A stretch of 17,240 nucleotides of DNA from an uncultured bacterium (GTDB lineage Bacteria > Acidobacteriota > Thermoanaerobaculia > Multivoradales > JAHZIX01), in NCBI GenBank assembly GCA_965368975.1, contig CBDUPA010000046.1, positions 1 to 17,240 of the forward strand, read 5' to 3'. The translations under genes were made by a program, and so were the position numbers. Shown in pieces: positions 1 through 7,280 of the stretch. The notes beneath the pieces were generated by a model. It searched no databases, was not told where the DNA came from, and saw nothing but the letters and a program-made list of their open reading frames with translations. Each line of letters starts with the position of its first letter. Positions within the stretch are counted from its first letter, which is position 1.

Positions 1-1720
1 CGTCTCGCTCGAACGGAACGCCGATGCCAGACGAATGCGTGATCCCGGCGTTCGTGAAGTCCAGTGAGTTGCCGTTGGCTTCCTCGATCCGCGTCACACC
101 TTCGGCCAGGTCCAGCTCGAAGAGCCGACCGTCGCGGGTAACCAGGCGCACCTGCCGCGGCTGGTAGACCTCTAAGGCATCCGCGTCGACCAGGTGATCC
201 GTCTCGTTGGCGTAGAAGACATTCGTACCGTCTAGAATCTCGAGTTGCGCCGGCATCGGACCGTCGACGTACTCAAAGCCCGCTGTCGCGAAGCAGCCTC
301 CTGCTGCCGTCGCGGGAAGGCTCAAGCTTAGGCGGAAGCGGTAGTGCTCGACGTCTGACAGGCGTACCGAAGTGAGGTGGCTCTGCGTCTCGACGACTTG
401 CTGGCAGGGCAGAGAAGCGGCGCGGATCTGCCAGCCTTCACCCGGCGTGCGGTTGTGCCGCACCGAACCCTTGCGCAGTTCCATCGACCAACCAGGGCCG
501 AAGTCACCGACGCGGCCAAGTCGGGCGTCGCGGCTGTCGTAGGTACGCAGCACCTCCAGATCGAGCCCGGACAGCGGAATGCGCAGGTCGGAGAAGGTCA
601 GCTGGAAGTGGCCGATCTTCATTCCGCCGTCGACCGCTACACTGATGATCTGCTCACTCGACTGCTCCGCGAAGTCGGTAGCTGTCAGGCGCAGTTGGTA
701 GAGGTCGTTGGGCAGCAGCGTCGGATCAAACGCCGCGAGGGTGCCGGAGGTCGGTGTCTGCCCTTCGGCTAGCGGAAGCCACTCGCCGGCATCGTCTAGG
801 CTTGCCGGTCGGTAGCTCAGCTGCCAGCTCTGCAAGAGGTCGCTATCGATCTGCGCAGCGACCTCGACCGGCGCAGTGATCTCGTCCAGATCCAGCGGTG
901 ACGTCAGCGCAACCTGCGGCGGCGGGCCATGATTCGCGAAACGCACCGTCGTCGCCTCGGTAATCAGCACCCAGTAACCGCGACCGGGCTGCAACTCAAG
1001 AAGGTCGTTCGCCCAGGCGGGAACGTTGGGGTCGTAGACCTCCCACGGATCCTTCGCGTCGAAGGCGTCGTACCCGAACACCCGCAGGTACTTGCCCGCG
1101 ATCGACGAGAGCGCCGCCGGCACCGGGCGCGGCTGAGCAAGCGGATAGCCGATCAGGTTCCAGCCGGGGCACACCGGCACCTCGGTCACGGTCGGTTGCT
1201 CCCCTGCCGGAAGGGTCCAACCTCCTGCGGCCGGAGCCTTGACCCACAGACCATAGCGATGGTCGATCGACGTCAGCTCGTTCGCGGGGTCGCCCGGCGT
1301 GTACTGCTTCCAGGCGGCTTCAGCAGCGCAGGCGTCCCAGATCCATGCACTCGTACCGGCAGGCGCTCCCGCGAGCACATCCGCCGAATTCGTCGATGTC
1401 GGTTCGACGGGCAGCGAGACCAGGTTGAACTCCGTCTGAAGCGGCAGGTCGCCTGCCTTGGCAGGCGTCGCAACTGCCTCGACCGTCTCGGCCGTGTCGC
1501 CGCTGGGCAGGCGCGGTGGAGCAGCCCGGAAGCGCTGCGCATCGACACCGTCTTGCCGTTGCTCCATTTCGGCTGAGGGCAGCGGTAAACCCATTGCGGA
1601 AGGGCTTAATTGGAGCAGTAGCGCGCCGCACAGGAGCTGTGCGGTGAGGTGGCGCAGAGCTTGCCGCGCGGTGATGGAACGGACGGATTCTCGGGAAGCT
1701 GCTGAAGGGAGAGAGAGCAT
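1..1720 (-). CDS. Large secreted Rhs/YD-repeat-type protein, N-terminal 573 aa only (runs off the left edge); signal peptide, two GWNL-type repeats, DUF6531-like domain
   Basis: I translated this by hand; it is absent from the ORF track because no stop lies in the window. ATG at 1720 has AGGAGG (1733-1728) 7 nt upstream and the frame stays open to position 2. The N-terminus MLSLPSAASRESVRSITARQALRHLTAQLLCGALLLQLSPSAMG is signal-like. Around 480-625 it reads MKIGHFQLTFSDLRIPLSGLDLEVLRTYDSRDARLGRVGDFGPGWS, the RTYxS..GxFGxGW pattern of the DUF6531-type domain that precedes Rhs repeats. It ends ...RIEEANGNSLDFTNAGITHSSGIGVPFERD, which resembles the onset of YD repeats. Confidence 0.88.
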   Translation of the reverse strand, partial: MLSLPSAASRESVRSITARQALRHLTAQLLCGALLLQLSPSAMGLPLPSAEMEQRQDGVDAQRFRAAPPRLPSGDTAETVEAVATPAKAGDLPLQTEFNLVSLPVEPTSTNSADVLAGAPAGTSAWIWDACAAEAAWKQYTPGDPANELTSIDHRYGLWVKAPAAGGWTLPAGEQPTVTEVPVCPGWNLIGYPLAQPRPVPAALSSIAGKYLRVFGYDAFDAKDPWEVYDPNVPAWANDLLELQPGRGYWVLITEATTVRFANHGPPPQVALTSPLDLDEITAPVEVAAQIDSDLLQSWQLSYRPASLDDAGEWLPLAEGQTPTSGTLAAFDPTLLPNDLYQLRLTATDFAEQSSEQIISVAVDGGMKIGHFQLTFSDLRIPLSGLDLEVLRTYDSRDARLGRVGDFGPGWSMELRKGSVRHNRTPGEGWQIRAASLPCQQVVETQSHLTSVRLSDVEHYRFRLSLSLPATAAGGCFATAGFEYVDGPMPAQLEILDGTNVFYANETDHLVDADALEVYQPRQVRLVTRDGRLFELDLAEGVTRIEEANGNSLDFTNAGITHSSGIGVPFERD

Positions 1721-1774
1721 GAAAGGTCCTCCTGACGATGACTTCAAGGTCTCGGATCAAAGACAGATGTATGG

Positions 1775-1805
1775 ATCCTTAGAACCGAAGCCGAACCTGT
1801 CAAGA
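1775..1805 (-). promoter_or_regulatory. Candidate sigma70-type promoter for the Rhs-type gene
   Basis: Perfect TTGACA (1803-1798), 17-nt spacer, then a weak -10 AAGGAT (1780-1775), about 55 nt upstream of the ATG. Confidence 0.3.
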
Positions 1806-1954
1806 GGGGCTGGCAGATTGCAGCGGTCAATAGCTCCGCGAAGACCGCCGCGACCACCGCAGCGCATGAGGTGCCACGGCTGCCTGCCAGATCGGGACCA
1901 TCGCCAAGGTGCATGGGACCTCATGCCAGCAGGTCCCGATGTAGTCCCGGATAT

Positions 1955-1974
1955 AGTATTTTCACTCAAATACT
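1955..1974. promoter_or_regulatory. Perfect 7-6-7 inverted repeat AGTATTT-tcactc-AAATACT (operator-like or recombination-core-like)
   Basis: Seen directly in an AT-rich intergenic segment at the GC transition; function is inferred. Confidence 0.35.
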
Positions 1975-2252
1975 GAGTATCTGTGATTCTCTAAATAATT
2001 GCAGGTAAGAGGCTTACGCATAGAACAAGTCTTGCTCAATTGCTACTAACCATCTGATTACGAATCAGTTTAGCAAGCGTCTTACCAGGTTTTGACAGCT
2101 TACAGGAATCTAAGTATCTCGCCACTAAGTACTGAAATATCTTGACTTGGAGCGTTGCAGAGGCTGTCAGGGGGTTGCGTGAAATTAACGTCTCGCAGGA
2201 CCCTCAGATGGCCCCTACAGCCCCGCAGAGGTCCCGAAGACTGTACTGAGGA

Positions 2253-3593
2253 CTACTCTGATTCCACATTCTCTCGTTCACCAGCAAAGCCATACACAAC
2301 TGCACACCAGATTGCCGGCGCATCCTCTCTCCTCTCCATCAAAGCACCAAAGGCTTTGTCCAATTGATGGCAACCTTCTACTGGAATCTGTAAATCCTGG
2401 AGCTTAGCCGCAACCGCCTGGGCCCTCTCCAAATCTGAGAGGTTCTTCACTGCAGGATCCGAAAAATAGTAGTCGAGATTCTCACTCTCAAGTACTGAAA
2501 CCCGGAATGCAGGAAAGTCGCCATCAAGAGCATTTCTTATCACTGCGCGATTCTCTTGATACTGAGGCATCACCTGAACGTCCTGGAGAATCTTATAGAT
2601 CATGGAAGACTTCAAATTTCTGGAGTCTAAACGGTCCAGATCTGATACGAGCACCTTGATGCGCTCCAAGAAATCCGCATCAGACTGTAGAGTTGTAGTC
2701 TCCTCGGGAAGAGTCCCAGCATCCCTCGATTCTTCAGATTGTCTAGGCGAGATAGTCTCTGCCTGAGACCGAGAAGGGAAACGATCGGGCCCTGTTGGCG
2801 AAACCCCAATAGCCCAGAACAGCAGCAAAACTGCTACGACAATCACAATAAGCGCCACCCACAAGACAGGAGCTCGTGATAACTCTTGTGCTCGATAGAC
2901 TACGCGATCGTCAGTTCTGGACACTACCTCCTCTGTCACAGTCTTGGCCTTCTGTGAAAAAGTCGCAGGGAGATGTTGAAAGAAGCTGAACTGATCGGGT
3001 GAACTCAGCAGCATCTTGCTGGATATCCAGCTTGCGATGCCCAGAATTGAAGGTAGGCTTGACCCAGATCGAGCTGCCTTACAAATCAAGCATGCAGCAC
3101 TTCTTGGACTCCTGCGGTCGAACGGCCCGAACCTAGCTCCCGATTCATGAACTACCATTTTAGGACCGCGACTAAAGTCACTCCGTCCAATGAAGGAACG
3201 ACCTCTGGACGGTAGATGGGGAGGCAGAACATCTTTTTCATACGCTGCTTGCGCCGTAACGACTGGATCATGCTCTTCGAGCAAGCATAATAAATCTCTC
3301 CGCGACGGGCAGTGCAGTCCGACGAAGGCACATGCGGGGCGCCCAAACAGATCTTGCGTCTCCAACGTTACACAAAGTACATACCCATCAACCCCAATCG
3401 GGAAGCCGCCAATTGCAGCTCCAAAGTTGGCAGGAATGCGTACCGTGCTCTTGAAAGAGCGGCGACAGTATTCCACAAAATGCTGTCGCGCTTGACGGTC
3501 TTCTTTCAGAAGACCCGTCGCAGCCTTCAATCCCCAATCGCGACCACTGGGCCCTTGCGTTCGATTGTCGTAGAGCAGATAGTCAAGGTTCAT
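2253..3593 (-). CDS. Single-pass membrane protein (446 aa) with GAP1-N2-like / TagF-like N-terminal domain and a helical C-terminal domain
   Basis: Long ORF starting 8 nt after the upstream stop. The N-terminus LLYDNRTQGPSGRDWGLKAATG and the DLFGRP motif resemble the GTPase-associated GAP1-N2 pattern (LxYT..G..G..GF...AAS; DxxGRP). TM segment VLWVALIVIVVAVLLLFWAIGV; two Cys near the C-terminus. The domain assignment is an inference. Confidence 0.8.
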   Translation of the reverse strand: MNLDYLLYDNRTQGPSGRDWGLKAATGLLKEDRQARQHFVEYCRRSFKSTVRIPANFGAAIGGFPIGVDGYVLCVTLETQDLFGRPACAFVGLHCPSRRDLLCLLEEHDPVVTAQAAYEKDVLPPHLPSRGRSFIGRSDFSRGPKMVVHESGARFGPFDRRSPRSAACLICKAARSGSSLPSILGIASWISSKMLLSSPDQFSFFQHLPATFSQKAKTVTEEVVSRTDDRVVYRAQELSRAPVLWVALIVIVVAVLLLFWAIGVSPTGPDRFPSRSQAETISPRQSEESRDAGTLPEETTTLQSDADFLERIKVLVSDLDRLDSRNLKSSMIYKILQDVQVMPQYQENRAVIRNALDGDFPAFRVSVLESENLDYYFSDPAVKNLSDLERAQAVAAKLQDLQIPVEGCHQLDKAFGALMERREDAPAIWCAVVYGFAGERENVESE

Positions 3594-3601
3594 GATTCAT
3601 C

Positions 3602-4783
3602 TCAGCGGAAGTGTGGTGTTGAACAGAGATCTTGAAAGGATCCATGGAGGAGTGTTGTCTTAATCTTCTGTACTGATTGCCAAGTCTGAGTCCAAGTGAA
3701 GTAGAGATTTTGCCGGACCTGCTGTCCGTCGAAAGAGATAATCGTTTCACGCGCTGCACACCATTGCTTGATCAATGCCTTATATTCATCAAGCACATAA
3801 TCTTGCTCAGCTAATCCTCTTCTCGCCGAGATATACCGCACATGATCCCGGCTTAAAATATAGCGAATTTCAACAATTGCATCATTCAACTCTGCGCACC
3901 CACTACAAAGCTCACCAGGCGGTAGGTCGAATCCTTTGAAGAGAATACTGCTGACTTGCTTTTGTTTCAATACCCCTAACGCTTCCACGACAAGCTCTAG
4001 CTGACTAGAGATTCTCCGAAACTCAGACAGATCTCTCTGCACTTCTCGCTGAAAGGTTAATGCATCTCGCTCGGGAAGATTACAATTAACATGACAACCA
4101 TCTGCTCTCACCTCTTGACTGCATAGCCTCAACTCCCCGAGACACTTTTGAATCAACTGGGCCAACCGTTGCATCTCTTGCATATCATAGCTCTTTGACA
4201 TATTAGCATCAGCCTGCAAGGCGCCAGATTGGTCTGATGTGCTGAGAAGCGGCGTCAGAAAAGCTGCGCATGAATCACAGGACACAGAGATCTGATCGGC
4301 CTTCTCTGGTACTTCTAGCTTCACAGAGGGTATTTGCTTGTCAGATACCAGCTCGTCTGAAGTCGGCTCTTCTGCTACAACTGGCCCTGGCTGCAATGCG
4401 TCTTGTTCCGCCTTTGGCTCCTGCAGGATGGGCTCTTCCTTGGCCTCTTGTTCCTCCTTGGTCTCTTGCCCACTAGATTCCTCCTTGGTCTCTTGTGCAA
4501 CTGGCTCAGCCTTGGACTCTTGTGCAGCTGGCTCAGCCTTGGTCTCTTGTGCAGTCGGCTCAGCCTTGGACTCTTGTGCAGCTGGCTCAGCCTTGGTCTC
4601 TTGTGCAGTCGGCTCAGCTTTGGTCTCTTGTGCAGTCGGCTCAGCCTTGGTCTCTTGTGCAGTCGACTCAGCCTTTATCGTCGGGTTCTGTTGATCTTCT
4701 GCCGCCTCCGCAGCCAGATTCAAAACCAATGCGACGCAAAGCACCATGTAGCGAAGTAGATCTTTAGAGCCCAGCACAATCAC
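3602..4783 (-). CDS. Secreted protein (~391-393 aa) with signal peptide, 9-aa acidic tandem repeats and a Cys-rich helical C-terminal domain
   Basis: Hydrophobic MVLCVALVLNLAAEA with an A-x-A cleavage site, then (AEP[TAV]AQE[TS]K)n, then a C-terminal half with about 10 Cys including CDSC and CSGC. Overlaps the GTPase stop. GGAGG at 4787-4783 favours the GTG at 4777 as the true start. Confidence 0.85.
   Translation of the reverse strand: MIVLGSKDLLRYMVLCVALVLNLAAEAAEDQQNPTIKAESTAQETKAEPTAQETKAEPTAQETKAEPAAQESKAEPTAQETKAEPAAQESKAEPVAQETKEESSGQETKEEQEAKEEPILQEPKAEQDALQPGPVVAEEPTSDELVSDKQIPSVKLEVPEKADQISVSCDSCAAFLTPLLSTSDQSGALQADANMSKSYDMQEMQRLAQLIQKCLGELRLCSQEVRADGCHVNCNLPERDALTFQREVQRDLSEFRRISSQLELVVEALGVLKQKQVSSILFKGFDLPPGELCSGCAELNDAIVEIRYILSRDHVRYISARRGLAEQDYVLDEYKALIKQWCAARETIISFDGQQVRQNLYFTWTQTWQSVQKIKTTLLHGSFQDLCSTPHFR
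4457..4672 (-). repeat. 27-bp in-frame tandem repeat: 7 near-identical copies (4484-4672) plus one degenerate copy
   Basis: Plus-strand unit cttggtctcttgtgcagtcggctcagc, encoding AEPTAQETK. 4511-4564 and 4565-4618 are an identical 54-bp dimer. Confidence 0.97.
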
Positions 4784-7280
4784 CTCCTCGAAGCCCCAAA
4801 CGATCTCGACAGAGCGATCGTAAGCTGTTTCCTACTGTTCTCCGTAAGAGATCTCTTTCATAGTCATCATCGGAGCTCAACTCTGCTACCTCCTCTCGAA
4901 GGCTCGAGACCGCTTCTTGCTGACGGGTAAAGTGCCGGGGTGTTGTGCCGAACAAGTTCCTGTGCTGAGCCCCTAGATTGGAAGCCAGCGATGCCAACAC
5001 CCTAAGCTTTTGCCGAGTGGCATAGTACCCTGATTCAAGAATCTCAACTTCGCTCCTAACTGAACGGTAACCCTGCGCCACCTCAAAATCTAGATAGCGA
5101 GAGGCGGCGTAGTAGACAATATCCGAAGCCTCACCAGTGTAGACTGATCGCATAGCGATCTGCGTAGCAGTTCGATTCGAAACTTGTTCATCCCACTGAC
5201 TTTCGGCAAGTTGGGCACGAAGTTTGGCTGTCCACGGCTCTGCTCCTCTCGGCCAAGCATCGGAGCGCAGAATGAAGAAGTACTCAGATTCGACTCCATC
5301 TAGCAACGCCGTCCAGACATCACGTCTGCCATCGGCGGTGAGTCCCCGAAACAGGTCCTCCAAAGTCGCCGCAAGCAAGCGCTTTGTACTCTCCTCTCTT
5401 CCAGCAACGAGTTCTTCAACAGAAGAAGCGATCTGGGAGTGGAGTGTACGAGCATCCTCAAGGGATATCGTCGCAACTATTTCCGCTCGTACAAGCTTGT
5501 ACTCCAGAACCGCCCGAGATTCGAATTCAGGTACGATCAACCCTGCCAGCTTCGGCGCCGCTGTACGTATGAGATGAACAAGCCGCTCCCGCTCTTGCAA
5601 GCCGGCCAAGGAAGATCCAAGAAACCTTCCATACTCACCTCGGGCAGTGAGGGTCATGAGAGAATCAGCTCCAGTCTCTAGGTTGCGCAACCCTAGCCGG
5701 ACAAACCGCACACGATCTTCTAGTGTGCTTTCTCCGTAACCCTGCTGGACTAGATTCCGTCCAACTTCTTTCCGAAGATTTGCCGCTTCGATCTCCAGCG
5801 CCTCCTGGAAGGCAAGGTCACCTAGAGCAGCTATCGTCTGAAGCGTATCCCTGACTATTCTAAGTTTGTCTTCCGGAGTGGAAGCAGCCGCGAGCTGTGC
5901 AGTATAACGACTACGCTCTTGCAGCATTTGGATCTCGGAACTCGAGTTCATCCCCAGAAGGTCACGAAGCTTCAACACTCTCTGGGTGGCCACAGAGTCG
6001 TCTCCCGTCACTGGATGAGTTGTAGGAACAATAGCGAGGAAATCTTGCAGCTCTCGCCTAAGACGCCGAAACAAGACGCTACGCTCCTCACTGGTTCCTT
6101 GCTGGGACAACCATTGCAGCTTTGCCAGATCATTAGGAGAGATCAGGTTCGGTGCATTTCTTTCGAGGCTGCTACTCACCTCTGTGCCTACTGTAACTGC
6201 TTCGCGTAGCTTAAGGTAATCGCTAGCCTGCCCCCACAAGAATGGGATCGATAGGACGAGCAAGAGGAGAGCTGCTATGAGCATTCTCTTAATCGTCTTT
6301 GACCGCTGGACCTCCTGTTCTCGGAGAGTTGCCTGCTCGCGCTTTCGGTCAATGGCTTCATGCTTCGCAATGACACGCGGCCAAGCAGCACGAAGAATCT
6401 TGATGAAAACCTCCTTTGGTTCGGAACGCCAGATGGTTGCATCCGCGCTCTGCTCAATGACGTCGTCGGTCATGTCGACCTCGTAGCAAGAAAGGTGCTC
6501 AACCAGACCAAAAGGACGAGTCGTCTCCTCTACATCGTCGCTGAATAGCTGCCGCACCTTGCGGACCATTTCGAATTCCCCTATCTCCTCAAAAGTAAGA
6601 TCAGGGTTAAGGTCCTTTTTTGTGAACACTAACGCGAGCGGTCTATTATTCTTCTTGCAGAAGCTCCGCAGAAAAACTACAGTTGGCGGGAATGGATTTC
6701 TCTCTCCAGCCACTTCCTCAAGCTTAAAATTTTGCGAATCCACCAACACGATAAATGCATCGCATTCTTGCAGATAATAATTGACAAGCTGGAGTTCTCT
6801 TCTCTCCGCAGGCGTCTCTGCTCTCTCAAGGGCTGCCGGAAGATCCGCGAATTCCGTGAAATAGCGACCAGCAAAGTCGAAGAGAATAACCCCCGTTTCC
6901 TTGGCCGCCCCATCTAGAGATGGACCTTCTACGAGGAGTTTGGCTACAGCCGGCTGCTGTGTTGGTGGAGCCTGCCCCTTCTCACGGATCTCGTTCTCAA
7001 TCCATTCAAAATACTGCGCTCCCCCCTTGTCTGTACGGTCGAAGGAGACATCACCAATATCGTCGATCTCTTCACCGTTCACGGTATGAAAGATCGCAGA
7101 CAAGAACACCGTCTTGCCAGCTGCCTGAACACCACTGATACCGATCAGCAAATTGCGTTCCATCTCCTGCTTGGACAGAATTGGAACATCGTGATTGGGA
7201 GAGTTATTTAACTCGACTTCTACATTCTCAGACTTCAATTCCTCGATGCTCTCTTCTGCATCCCTAACTGCATCAGACAT
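4764..7280 (-). CDS. TRAFAC-class P-loop GTPase (double-GTPase/conflict-system-like) with coiled coil, one TM helix and a large helical C-terminal domain (838 aa)
   Basis: G1 GVQAAGKT, G2 PPT, G3 LFDFAG, strand DAFIVLVDS, G4 VFTKKD, G5-like LSC. TM segment MLIAALLLLVLSIPFLW at about aa 333-350. AGGAGG 7 nt before the ATG; 8-bp overlap with the upstream gene. Confidence 0.9.
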   Translation of the reverse strand: MSDAVRDAEESIEELKSENVEVELNNSPNHDVPILSKQEMERNLLIGISGVQAAGKTVFLSAIFHTVNGEEIDDIGDVSFDRTDKGGAQYFEWIENEIREKGQAPPTQQPAVAKLLVEGPSLDGAAKETGVILFDFAGRYFTEFADLPAALERAETPAERRELQLVNYYLQECDAFIVLVDSQNFKLEEVAGERNPFPPTVVFLRSFCKKNNRPLALVFTKKDLNPDLTFEEIGEFEMVRKVRQLFSDDVEETTRPFGLVEHLSCYEVDMTDDVIEQSADATIWRSEPKEVFIKILRAAWPRVIAKHEAIDRKREQATLREQEVQRSKTIKRMLIAALLLLVLSIPFLWGQASDYLKLREAVTVGTEVSSSLERNAPNLISPNDLAKLQWLSQQGTSEERSVLFRRLRRELQDFLAIVPTTHPVTGDDSVATQRVLKLRDLLGMNSSSEIQMLQERSRYTAQLAAASTPEDKLRIVRDTLQTIAALGDLAFQEALEIEAANLRKEVGRNLVQQGYGESTLEDRVRFVRLGLRNLETGADSLMTLTARGEYGRFLGSSLAGLQERERLVHLIRTAAPKLAGLIVPEFESRAVLEYKLVRAEIVATISLEDARTLHSQIASSVEELVAGREESTKRLLAATLEDLFRGLTADGRRDVWTALLDGVESEYFFILRSDAWPRGAEPWTAKLRAQLAESQWDEQVSNRTATQIAMRSVYTGEASDIVYYAASRYLDFEVAQGYRSVRSEVEILESGYYATRQKLRVLASLASNLGAQHRNLFGTTPRHFTRQQEAVSSLREEVAELSSDDDYERDLLRRTVGNSLRSLCRDRLGLRGGDCAGL

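Noticed and set aside
328-1976. ORF-track entries at 328-519, 377-772, 929-1576, 996-1247, 1273-1548, 1320-1760 and 1458-1976
   Set aside because: They overlap the Rhs-type frame, which has the RBS and recognisable motifs; mostly Arg/Pro-rich off-frame translations of GC-rich DNA.
2162-2222. Intrinsic terminator after the five-gene operon
   Set aside because: An imperfect inverted repeat exists (ggctgtcagggg / cccctacagcc), but the loop is long and no U-tract follows on the minus strand.
4457-4672. 27-bp repeats as a CRISPR array
   Set aside because: The units are contiguous with no unique spacers, in frame within a CDS, and there are no cas genes in the window.
4338-4767. Plus-strand repetitive ORFs (4338-4694, 4403-4759, 4495-4767)
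   Set aside because: Antisense shadows of the 27-bp repeat in the minus-strand gene.
1-7280. Type VI secretion cluster (TssM/TagF/Rhs)
   Set aside because: No Hcp, VgrG, PAAR, sheath or baseplate genes; the Rhs-type protein has a Sec-like signal; the resemblance is limited to topology and one short motif.
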